Below are positions 15,244-24,275 of a stretch of DNA of 64,000 nt, in pieces. Positions within the stretch are counted from its first letter, which is position 1; each line of letters begins with the position of its first letter. The notes beneath the pieces were generated by a model. The model searched no databases, was not told the origin of the DNA, and was given only the letters and a program-made list of their open reading frames with translations. This stretch comes from Nitrosopumilus sp. Lineage in GTDB: Archaea; Thermoproteota; Nitrososphaeria; Nitrososphaerales; Nitrosopumilaceae. Both the position numbers and the translations under genes were made by a program. The stretch spans positions 1,472,001-1,536,000 of the forward strand of contig OZ244651.1 in NCBI GenBank assembly GCA_965218695.1, written 5' to 3'.

Positions 15244-15339
15244 TCACGTGGAGTTAAGTCAGACGGTACTAAAGTGATCTGCGGCGTAATTTGTAAAATC
15301 GTGAGTAAAGGATATAGATGATGCCACAATACACCCACC

Positions 15340-15459
15340 ATGGAACGTTCAATGCCGGTGTGTTTTACCAAGAAACAGCACCAGATGATCGAAGAGTTTG
15401 CCAAAAGGAATGGAATGCTAAACACCAGCCAGGCTCTTGAGAAGCTCCTCGGCGCATAG
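15340..15459 (+). CDS. small ribbon-helix-helix-like protein (39 aa, absent from the ORF track)
   Basis: MERSMPVCFTKKQHQMIEEFAKRNGMLNTSQALEKLLGA*; beta-helix-helix pattern. Confidence 0.55.
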   Translation: MERSMPVCFTKKQHQMIEEFAKRNGMLNTSQALEKLLGA

Positions 15460-16289
15460 AGCCCAGGCTTTACATCACTATTTTAGGGTGTGTCCTAGAG
15501 GCATATACCCCCGGATGACAAAAGATATGGATCGGCGGATCACGGCATCGCCTAATGACTACAAAGAAACGCGACCAACGACAGTACGATTTGGTTCAGC
15601 AGTACCTGTCGGGCCTCATGCTGAATACCGTGCTGGGAATAATCAAGAATCTTGGGGATCCGTACGCCGTCAGGCCCGGCCTGGGCGGCATGACGGCATA
15701 CCCGCCTGGCGCCATGGCAGCTGTCTGCATCATGCTTGAGGCACAGCGCACGACCTACCGTAAGATGGTCGGCATCCTCCGAAACAATAGCGCCATGGCA
15801 GCCAAGATGGGCCTAGAGAAAATTCCCTCCAAGAGCACGATAGCACGCGCCTACGGCCTGATCCCGGAATGGTACCTGGCAGAGGCACACCGGATTGCCA
15901 TCAGGGAGGTGGAGGCAGGCTCCCTGGCAGCAGACGGTACCGGATACTCGTACCTGCGGTTTGTCAGGTGGTTTGACGTCAGGACCGACAGTTTTCGTAC
16001 CAGAAAGGGATGGGTCAAACTGCACGCAATCGTGGACATACGCACCAGGGTGATAATCGACTGCATGGTGACTGACAGCGCAGTGGCAGACATAAACGGG
16101 CTGTACGCGATGCTCGGCAGGTTAGGCCGGGGCACCGGCGACTTTTGCCTGGATTCTGCATACCTGGCAAGGCTCATGTGCAACATGATATCTGCGATGG
16201 GAATGGTGCCCCGCATCAAGCCAAAATCCAACACCATACGCAACGCCAGGGGAAGCCAGTCGTGGCGCGAGATGGTAAGCCTGTACATG

Positions 16290-17461
16290 AGACATAATCC
16301 GTAATTAGAAATTGTACATATTTTCCTATACTGTGTAGGTTTTTTGACTCCTATCAGGTTGCTTCCCGGACTAGGAGAACCCTGAGGTTGGCAAATCCGC
16401 AGACGATGTCATTGACGGTGTCGTATTTTTTCAGGCGGTTTCGGTAGACACCGCTCATTATGCGAAACCGTTTGACCCTGCGGATGGCGTGCTCCACATA
16501 CACCCGTGCCTTTGAGTGCTTTTTGTTGAATTCCTTCTGCTCGGGGGACAATTCTGCGCCTTTTTGCTTCTTGTACGGCACTACTGCATCCCGGTCAGGA
16601 AATTCTTTGTTGATCCCCTGGTATCCGTTGTCCAGGATCTCTCTGACTTTGATCCTTTCCTTGTCCTTGCTCCCGTCCTTGCGTGGAAGGTTGTCAGGGA
16701 ATGTCGGGTGTTTCTTCTTGAATACTGCAAAGTCGTGGATCCTGCCCGGGGAATGCCGGGTCTTGTGAAGGATGAGGCCGTCCGTGGCCGACGTGTACTG
16801 GACCTTGGACGTGTGCCTGTGTGCCTTGCCCGAGTAGTGGGACCGTTCCATGTCCTTGCGTCCGGGACGCTGTATCTGCTGCTCGGAGGCATCAATCAGG
16901 GCAGTCAGGCCAGGAATGATCTCCTCAAGATCGTCAAGCGTCTTGGTGGCCTTGATGTTGGCGTAGATCTTTGACGGAAGCGGAACGCACTGCCGGATCG
17001 ACGGCTCCAGTGCCCCCATGCTGCGGGACACACTGGCCTGACCCACATGGAACGTCAGGGCAAGAAGATCCTGCGTAGCGTATGTCCTGTAATAAAACAG
17101 GACCAGAAGAAACCTGTTTTTCAGATCCAGTTTCCACCTGCGTCCGGCACCAATGCCGCGCACCCTGCTTCTTTTGGCGAGTCGCTTTTGCTCTGCCTTG
17201 GGGTATTTTTTTGCCAGCCGCCCTGCCACCAAATTAAATTCGGAGACTGTCAGTCCAGTGCACCGGATGAACAGTTTGGGCTTTTTTGCTAATTTGTCGT
17301 ATAATGACATGCTTTGACATTGGCAATCAGAATAAAACACGGCTGACGTATAGTTTTGATCATCGGGCAAGTTCGAATTGACATGCAATTCCATGCAGTC
17401 AGCCAGATTTGTCCTGCAATGCGTCCAATCTCGTGATTATGCCCAATTACGGATGATGTCT
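16290..17461 (-). mobile_element. nested IS5-family element (DDE_Tnp_4 type)
   Basis: 17-bp IRs AGACATAATCCGTAATT / AATTACGGATGATGTCT (1 mismatch); 3-bp TSD ATG. Confidence 0.92.
16354..17310 (-). CDS. IS5-family transposase (HTH + DDE_Tnp_4)
   Basis: ALIDASEQQIQRP, YSGK, ILDNGYQG, RVYVEHAIRRVKRF; start taken at MSLYDKL. Confidence 0.92.
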   Translation of the reverse strand: MSLYDKLAKKPKLFIRCTGLTVSEFNLVAGRLAKKYPKAEQKRLAKRSRVRGIGAGRRWKLDLKNRFLLVLFYYRTYATQDLLALTFHVGQASVSRSMGALEPSIRQCVPLPSKIYANIKATKTLDDLEEIIPGLTALIDASEQQIQRPGRKDMERSHYSGKAHRHTSKVQYTSATDGLILHKTRHSPGRIHDFAVFKKKHPTFPDNLPRKDGSKDKERIKVREILDNGYQGINKEFPDRDAVVPYKKQKGAELSPEQKEFNKKHSKARVYVEHAIRRVKRFRIMSGVYRNRLKKYDTVNDIVCGFANLRVLLVREAT

Positions 17462-17918
17462 ATGGATGAACGGGACAGGTTTGACTCGGAATACCACCAG
17501 CGCAGCATCATCGAGGCAGTCTTTGCCGCCCTCAAGAAGATGTACGGGGGCAGCACCAGGTGCCGAAAACACGAGAACCGGACAAGGGAGACTGCGATCC
17601 GTGTCATGTGCTACAACATCGAGCTCGTGGCCAGATTGCAGGCAAAAGACGGCAGGCTCACACAGGATCAAATCGCGACACTTGCAGCATAGCTGGCGCG
17701 TTTCACCACGCGCTTCCTAGCGGAGCCTCCGCACCGTGTCTTGGATTTGGGGGATTTTATGGGTTGTGGAGGATCGATGGTGCGGCACTGTTGGCGTCGA
17801 CGGGTTCTGGCACCAATCGTGTCTTTGGCATTCTGGTACATGGGATGGCATTTTTTATTACTAGGACACACCCACTATTTTATTTACATTTATAGAATAT
17901 GCGTCACCAGGGTAACGT

Positions 17919-18329
17919 ATGGGACTGTTTGGCAGGGCGCCATCGTTTTGTACCGTATGCAACAAGCAGCTGACCCACAAGCACAAGCCAAAGAGGGAAT
18001 GGAATATCAAGGGACCGCTGTGCGGCGACTGTCATTTTGAAAAATCAAAGGAATACTACGAGGGAAAGATGAGGCAGCCCTGCGTCATGTGCAGCAAGAC
18101 AAGAAAGATTACAGACCTGTGGGAGCCCCGGTGGCAGTGGGACATGGAGGGCCTGCTGTGCAAGGAGTGTTTTGACAAAAAGGAGGAGACGTTCGGGGTA
18201 AAGAAGAACTTTTGTTCCCTGTGCAGTGCAAAGATGGGACTCATACGGTACAACCCCAAGGGCGAATGGAAGATTGAGGGCCAGCTCTGCAGGATGTGCT
18301 GGGACAAAAAGAAGGCAGAGATGGGGTAG
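17919..18329 (+). CDS. Cys-rich multi-zinc-ribbon protein
   Basis: Three repeats of CxxC...P..W...G.LC..C. Confidence 0.85.
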   Translation: MGLFGRAPSFCTVCNKQLTHKHKPKREWNIKGPLCGDCHFEKSKEYYEGKMRQPCVMCSKTRKITDLWEPRWQWDMEGLLCKECFDKKEETFGVKKNFCSLCSAKMGLIRYNPKGEWKIEGQLCRMCWDKKKAEMG

Positions 18330-18524
18330 ATGGGACTCTTCAAAAGACTCGGGTGCGATGCCTGCGGGGCCAAGTTCTCAAAGGAGGAGGAGTTGATGAA
18401 TCACAAGCAGATAGTGCACGGAGATTCAGAGTACGACTGCAAGGAATGCAACGCGTTCTTCTCAAACATGGAGGACATGAGAACACACCTTCAGAGAAAC
18501 CACAGTTACAAGAGAGACAGATGA
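18330..18524 (+). CDS. double C2H2 zinc-finger protein
   Basis: CDACGAKF...LMNHKQIVH and CKECNAFF...MRTHLQRNH. Confidence 0.88.
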   Translation: MGLFKRLGCDACGAKFSKEEELMNHKQIVHGDSEYDCKECNAFFSNMEDMRTHLQRNHSYKRDR

Positions 18525-18713
18525 TTACACGGCACTTACCGTCTTGACCACAGGAGGCCTTACCTTTACAAACACCCTGAATCCACAGATGCATTTGATC
18601 TCAGGCAGCCTGGACAGCTCCGTGTTTGAGACGCTGGTGCCGCAGCGAAGACACGAATAGTTTACATCAAATATCTCAATTGGATCCTCGGCCGTCGAAT
18701 TCTCTTCTGCCAT
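18525..18713 (-). CDS. rpo12: RNA polymerase subunit Rpo12 (RpoP)
   Basis: YSCLRCG...IKCICGFRVFVKVRPP. Confidence 0.9.
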   Translation of the reverse strand: MAEENSTAEDPIEIFDVNYSCLRCGTSVSNTELSRLPEIKCICGFRVFVKVRPPVVKTVSAV

Positions 18714-18748
18714 ACGAATCATCAAAACATCCATAATTTAAGGATAGA

Positions 18749-19057
18749 TCATGTGAGGGACATCTCAATGTAGACATCGTCAGGAATCTTTAGCCTCATC
18801 AGCTGTCGGATTGCCTTGTCGTCTGCATTGATGTTGATGATTCTCCGATGTATTCTCATCTCCCATTTCTCGTAGGTCTCAGTGCCGTTCCCGCATGGTG
18901 ATTTTCGCGTAGCTACGTGGAGCCTCTTGACGGGGAGCGGTGTGGGTCCCTTTACCTTGACGCCGGTCTTCTTGCTGATTCCCATTATTTCGCCACACAC
19001 GCCATCAAGTTTGATCAGATTGGTCGATGTGAGTTTTACGCGGGCAGTCTGTGGCAT
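18749..19057 (-). CDS. rpsJ: 30S ribosomal protein S10
   Basis: GPTPLP, RKSPCGNG, WEMRIHRRII. Confidence 0.97.
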   Translation of the reverse strand: MPQTARVKLTSTNLIKLDGVCGEIMGISKKTGVKVKGPTPLPVKRLHVATRKSPCGNGTETYEKWEMRIHRRIININADDKAIRQLMRLKIPDDVYIEMSLT

Positions 19058-19066
19058 AAGATCCAC

Positions 19067-20365
19067 CTATGGTTGGTACTCTTCAGTGATTTCCTTTACA
19101 ATTCCTGCAGCAATGGTTGCGCCCATATCCCTCAGGGCGAACCTGCCCATCTCAGGGAAGTCCTTGAATGTTTCAATGCAGGTAGGCCTCACCGGTCTGA
19201 TCTTGACGATGGCAGAGTCGCCTACCTTGAGGAACTTGGGGTTCTCTTCGTCTACTGCCCCTGTTGCAGGGTTGATCTTTTGGAGGAATTCAGTAACGGT
19301 CGCTGCCACCTGTGAAGTGTGCGCGTGCATCACCGGAGTGTAACCGGGTGCGATTGCCGTCGGATGGTGAATGACGATTATCTGCGCCTTGAATTCCTTT
19401 GCAACCTTTGGTGGTGCATCCGGAGTTCCAAGCACGTCGCCCCTCTTGATGTCCTTCTTTTCAATGCCTCGCAGATTAAAGCCGATGTTATCGCCTGCCT
19501 CTGCAGATGGCATCATCTGGTGGTGAGTCTCAATGGACTTGATCTCGCCTACTGAGCCGGACGGCATGACAATAATCTTGCCTCCAGTCTTCATGGTGCC
19601 GGTCTCGACCCTGCCGACGGGGACTGTGCCTACGCCGGTAATCGTATAAACGTCCTGGATTGGAACGCGCAAGGGCTTGCCGATGGGCTTTTCTGCCATT
19701 ATAAATCCATCAAATGCTTCAAGCAGAGTCTTGCCCTTGTACCAAGGCATGTTTTCAGATCTCTTAACCAGGTTGTCACCCTTCCATCCGGATACTGGGA
19801 TGAATGGTACGTTTTCCAGTTTGTAGCCTACGGAACGTACCAGCTTTTCGCCTTTCTCCTTGGCTGCCTTGTAGGATTCCTCAGAGTAGCTGCTGCTGTC
19901 CATCTTGTTGATTGCGACGATCAGCTGGTTTACTCCCAGCGTCTTGAGCAAGAATGCATGCTCCCTTGCCTGTCCGCCTGCAGCGATTGCAGTGTCTGTC
20001 TCACCCTCTTTTGCAGAGAGTACCAGAACTGCCGCGTCAGCCTCTGAGGCTCCGGTGATCATGTTCTTGATGAAATCCCGGTGTCCGGGTGCGTCAATCA
20101 AGGTGAAAAAGTACTTTGAGGACTCAAATTTCTGAAAAGCAAGATCGATGGTAATGCCTCTCTCTCGCTCATCTTTGATATTATCCATAACCCATGCATA
20201 CTTGAAGCTGTCACCCTTTCCGGTCTTTTCCGACTCGGCAGCATGTGATGCAATGGTTCTCTCGTCTACAACTCCGAGATCCATCAAGAAATGACCCATG
20301 GTTGTGGATTTTCCGTTATCAATATGACCTGTAATAATCAGGTTTAGGTGGGGTTTGTCTGCCAT
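19067..20365 (-). CDS. tuf: elongation factor EF-1alpha
   Basis: GHIDNGKST, RERGITID, DAPGH, NKMD, GRFALRDMG. Confidence 0.98.
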   Translation of the reverse strand: MADKPHLNLIITGHIDNGKSTTMGHFLMDLGVVDERTIASHAAESEKTGKGDSFKYAWVMDNIKDERERGITIDLAFQKFESSKYFFTLIDAPGHRDFIKNMITGASEADAAVLVLSAKEGETDTAIAAGGQAREHAFLLKTLGVNQLIVAINKMDSSSYSEESYKAAKEKGEKLVRSVGYKLENVPFIPVSGWKGDNLVKRSENMPWYKGKTLLEAFDGFIMAEKPIGKPLRVPIQDVYTITGVGTVPVGRVETGTMKTGGKIIVMPSGSVGEIKSIETHHQMMPSAEAGDNIGFNLRGIEKKDIKRGDVLGTPDAPPKVAKEFKAQIIVIHHPTAIAPGYTPVMHAHTSQVAATVTEFLQKINPATGAVDEENPKFLKVGDSAIVKIRPVRPTCIETFKDFPEMGRFALRDMGATIAAGIVKEITEEYQP

Positions 20366-20417
20366 GTAATGAGCCACTTCGAGGGGATTTATTACTGTTA
20401 TGGATTGGGATTTGCAT

Positions 20418-21551
20418 TACGTTGTACAAAAAGTAGTTCCTCCCCTAGCCAATGGAGCCGGCGTGTTTGGAAGCAAGATCAGCCTGGTGTTGAGTGGAAG
20501 CAAGGGTGTGTGGGCAAGAACGATGTACTCCAATCGGTGGCGGCATATGGGAACCCGGAGAGTACGCATCATGAAAAAGCTGGACGAATCGAAGGTAAGG
20601 TGGATACTTTCGGAGAAGGACAAGGGATCCACCAATTCATGCATCTCCAAGGCCATGGGTGTGTCGCCGCGGTGGATAAGGAGGCTGTATTCCAGGTACA
20701 AGGGACAGGAACGCAGCAGCGTGGCATATCCGATGCACACGGGCAGGCCCGCATGCGGCCTTCCTGGCCGGAAGGAACACTCCGCGGTACTGTGCGCCAA
20801 GGGCAATGACCACGTCGGGGCCGTGCGCCTGCACGGGCGCATAAGGGACGTCACCGGAATAAATATTCCATACAACCGCATACACATGGTATTGCGTGAC
20901 GAGGATCTGGCTGCCAGACAGCCCAACAAGAGCAAGCGCCGCAAGTGGATCCGCTTTGAGCGCACCTACTCCAACTCGATGTGGCACACCGACTACAAGC
21001 TGCTTGACGACGGCAGGTGGTTCCTGTGTTACGAGGACGACGCCTCGCGGTTCGTGACTGCGTACGGCACGTTTGAGCGCGCAACGGCAGAAAACGCCCT
21101 GTCGGTATTGGACGAGGCGATAAGAAACCACGGCAAGCCTGCATCCATAATGACTGACCGCGGATCCCAGTTCTACGCCACCGCATCAGAGGCAAAGAAA
21201 AAGGGTGCATCCGAGTTCGAAAAGAGGCTGGCAGAGCTTGGCATCAAGCAGATTCTGGCAGGCGTGAGGCACCCGCAGACCAACGGCAAGCTGGAGAGGC
21301 TGCACGGGGAGATCCAGCGGAAGCTGCCCGAATTTGAGGCGATAATGATGCGCAAGAGCGACCCGGTGGACCTCTTCATGCAGTGGTACAATTACGACAG
21401 GCCGCACATGTCACTTGGCCTAGACGGGGAGGAGACGCCAGCCCAGGCGTTTGTGCGCAAGATGCCACCCAAAGGAGAGATAGTAATAGACGAGCAGACA
21501 GGGGAGGAGTATCATGTGGAGTAAGGGAGGAACTACTTTTCGTATTCCACA
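20418..21551 (+). mobile_element. IS481-family element
   Basis: 16-bp perfect subterminal IR AAAAGTAGTTCCTCCC / GGGAGGAACTACTTTT; 15-bp direct repeat GATTGGGATTTGCAT at 20403 and 21552. Confidence 0.88.
20571..21524 (+). CDS. IS481-family transposase (HTH + integrase core)
   Basis: WHTDYK, YEDDASR, MTDRGSQF, PQTNGKLERLH, YNYDRPHMSL; start taken at MKKLDESK. Confidence 0.92.
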   Translation: MKKLDESKVRWILSEKDKGSTNSCISKAMGVSPRWIRRLYSRYKGQERSSVAYPMHTGRPACGLPGRKEHSAVLCAKGNDHVGAVRLHGRIRDVTGINIPYNRIHMVLRDEDLAARQPNKSKRRKWIRFERTYSNSMWHTDYKLLDDGRWFLCYEDDASRFVTAYGTFERATAENALSVLDEAIRNHGKPASIMTDRGSQFYATASEAKKKGASEFEKRLAELGIKQILAGVRHPQTNGKLERLHGEIQRKLPEFEAIMMRKSDPVDLFMQWYNYDRPHMSLGLDGEETPAQAFVRKMPPKGEIVIDEQTGEEYHVE

Positions 21552-21816
21552 GATTGGGATTTGCATACCCTCATGCACATGCCTAGAAATTGATCGGAAT
21601 ATGAATCCATTTAGACCAGGGAATACTGCCGCGCATCGCAGTGGAATCATTCATCAAGGATCCAGACTGGAAGACACTCAAGCCGCCTCCATGTGAAGAC
21701 GAAATACCCGCAATAGCAATCACGGTCTAAATTATTTGGAGGGACCTGTAGGTATGCGGGGACCTGAGCATGTACAAGCATGCACGGCAAAAAAAATAAA
21801 GGGAGTGGTTGTGGGT

Positions 21817-22515
21817 CTATACCGGCGTGAGCGATACCGTTCTACCTAGTAGGTGGCCTGCACCGTCGGTTTCGTCGCTGGATACGAGATTAACTGTAAA
21901 CTCGCTGCCATCCTTTCTTAGCATGTATATCCTGGACTCGTAGCGGTGTCCTGCTCTCCAGTTCTCCATGTTTGCGTTCATGTGACCCTTGCTTCTGACT
22001 GCTGTGTGCTCGTACATGCTGATTCCGATAACCTCATCTCTGGCGTATCCGAGTCTGTCCAAGTACGACTGATTACAGTCTACTATAATACCAATGTAGT
22101 CTATAGAACTGCGCATGACGTTGTGATCTTCGTAGTTGTATCTGGCGCCAACATTGTATGCATCCTGAAGATTCTTGATGTCTGAAACTTCGTGCATGGT
22201 TGCGTCCCTTCCTACTACCTGGCCATTTTCACATCTGTTGTGTATGGTGAGTATTACGTCGACGGTCCTGCCATTCTTTGCCTCCAGTTGTATTCTTTTG
22301 GCAACGTTCGTTTTGTGGTCTCTCTCCCATGCGGCAAACGACGCTTTCAGTTCTTTGCGAGTCTTTGCCGGCGTGTGATCTAAAAGCGATGTGCCGATGA
22401 CCTCGTCCCTGGTGTATCCGAGTTTGTCCAGATATCTCTGGCCACAATCTACAATTACCCCATTCATGTCTACAGAGCGAAACATTTGTGGTATTTCTGC
22501 GTTTATCATTTTCAT
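21817..22515 (-). CDS. tandem PAS-domain protein
   Basis: Two internal repeats: G.IVDC.Q.YLD.LGY.RDEVIG.S...HT ... KNG/KDG. Confidence 0.88.
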   Translation of the reverse strand: MKMINAEIPQMFRSVDMNGVIVDCGQRYLDKLGYTRDEVIGTSLLDHTPAKTRKELKASFAAWERDHKTNVAKRIQLEAKNGRTVDVILTIHNRCENGQVVGRDATMHEVSDIKNLQDAYNVGARYNYEDHNVMRSSIDYIGIIVDCNQSYLDRLGYARDEVIGISMYEHTAVRSKGHMNANMENWRAGHRYESRIYMLRKDGSEFTVNLVSSDETDGAGHLLGRTVSLTPV

Positions 22516-23048
22516 TATCTAGGGCATGGCGTGTAATTATTTAGCAATTGATAATAGTCTGCGGCATGCCTTTGAGTAACCCGCCCTGCTTGGCCGCCTG
22601 ACACCATACTGAGGTTTTGTCGGATTGCACACTTGCATAGACTCGCCATGCCCCTGTAGACGGTGTTTGAGGACTGTATGCATCAGGCCTGCCAGACATG
22701 GCAGGCGGCAATTACATAAAATCTGTCAAAAATCATGAATAATTTCAGAATATATCCGGAATTTTTTACAACGGCGGCCTGAACCGGCGCACTCTTGAAA
22801 AAATACGACATATTCAAAGCCGTGTAATTTTTCATGTTTTGTATGCGCATAACGATACCACACATCACAGGCACATCAGACCCGGCTAAACCAGTCACGT
22901 GGTGTCGCACCATACGGACAAATTCCATCTGCAGGTATGAGGCCATGCAGGTTTACGCCCGGCCACACGCATGCCCTGCACCACGCCAGTCTGCAGGCAA
23001 CGCCAGAATGAATGGTTTGTTAAAAGCACATAAATCAAAGGTGTAAAA

Positions 23049-24194
23049 ATGAAGAGCATGAAGATTACAGTCTCTGCCATCAAGGCAGACGTGGGCGGGA
23101 TCGGAGGCCACACCAGACCCAGCGACGGGCTGATAGATGCAGTAAGAAAGACCGTCAAGGGTTCGGGGAACCTGCTCATCGATCACTACATAGGATATTG
23201 TGGGGATGACGTGCACATCATAATGTCCCACACGCACGGGACAGACAGCCAGCAGATTCACAAGCTTGCATGGGATGCGTTCATGGCCGGAACCACGGTT
23301 GCAAAAGAAGAGGGGCTTTATGGTGCCGGACAGGATCTTCTCAGGGATTCATTTTCAGGAAACGTAAAGGGAATGGGTCCTGGCGTGGCAGAGATGGAGT
23401 TTGAGGAGAGGCAGAACGAGGCATTTACCGTCTTTGCAGCAGACAAGACAGAGCCCGGCGCATTCAACTATCCCATATACAGAATGTTCGTAGACGCGCT
23501 GAGCAACACTGGACTAATTGTAAACAAGAGCCTGGCAGGCGGAGTAAAGATGAGGATAATGGACGTGGAGAAGGGCAGGATTGCAGAACTGGAGCTTTGG
23601 CAGGACAAGCCAACCATAGAGGCCGCACTCATGTATCCCGGGAGATACGTCGTCGATTCTGTAACCACCAAGGACGGGGAACCCATCCTTGCAGCATCCA
23701 CTGACAGGCTGCACAACATTGCCGGAACTTACGTTGGAAAGGACGATCCCATCTGCATGGTCAGAACACAAAAGAGGTTCCCTGCCACCGAAGAGGTGGG
23801 AAGCGTCTTTAACAATCCCCACTATGTCGCAGGAAACACCCGGGGAAGCCACAACATGCCACTCATGCCTGTAAGGCTAAACTCTGCTGCAACGATCAAC
23901 TTTTGCATTCCAATAGTGGAGGCGCTGGTATTTAGCATGCATAATGGAAGGTTTACGGGTCCGTTTGATGGGTTCTCGACTCCGGACTGGGATCTTATCA
24001 GGGAGATTGCAACAAAGAAGGCAATGGCGATCAGAAGCCAGGGGTTCATTCACCCGGCCACTCTTGTTCCGTCGGAACTAGAGTATGCAGAGGGGTACAA
24101 GGCAAGAATGGACATCCTGGAAGAAAAGATGGTGCAGATGGATGCAGTCATATCATCTGACGGCAAGAAGGAAGGATACGAGGATCCGGACTAG
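23049..24194 (+). CDS. fbp: fructose-1,6-bisphosphate aldolase/phosphatase
   Basis: IKADVGG..GH, GLYGAGQDLL, FSGNVKGMGPGVAE, DKTEPGAFN, YVGKDDP, RGSH. Confidence 0.97.
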   Translation: MKSMKITVSAIKADVGGIGGHTRPSDGLIDAVRKTVKGSGNLLIDHYIGYCGDDVHIIMSHTHGTDSQQIHKLAWDAFMAGTTVAKEEGLYGAGQDLLRDSFSGNVKGMGPGVAEMEFEERQNEAFTVFAADKTEPGAFNYPIYRMFVDALSNTGLIVNKSLAGGVKMRIMDVEKGRIAELELWQDKPTIEAALMYPGRYVVDSVTTKDGEPILAASTDRLHNIAGTYVGKDDPICMVRTQKRFPATEEVGSVFNNPHYVAGNTRGSHNMPLMPVRLNSAATINFCIPIVEALVFSMHNGRFTGPFDGFSTPDWDLIREIATKKAMAIRSQGFIHPATLVPSELEYAEGYKARMDILEEKMVQMDAVISSDGKKEGYEDPD

Positions 24195-24275
24195 CATGCC
24201 TTTTGCGGCATTGCACACCGCGGCAAGTCCTCTGCCACACATGGAAGAAAAACAGATTAACGCATTCTCCAAAAA

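Larger units (their letters stand above)
15555..17692 (+). pseudogene. IS5-family transposase split by nested IS (15555-16289 + 17465-17692)
   Basis: AADGTG, WVKLH, CLDSAY in the first part; YHQRSIIEAVF in the second; halves rejoin in frame as SLYM|DERDRF. Confidence 0.92.
15486..17873 (+). mobile_element. IS5-family element (ISH1/IS903-like) interrupted by a nested IS
   Basis: Perfect 13-bp IRs GGGTGTGTCCTAG (15486) / CTAGGACACACCC (17861); 9-bp TSD ACTATTTTA at 15477 and 17874. Confidence 0.93.
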
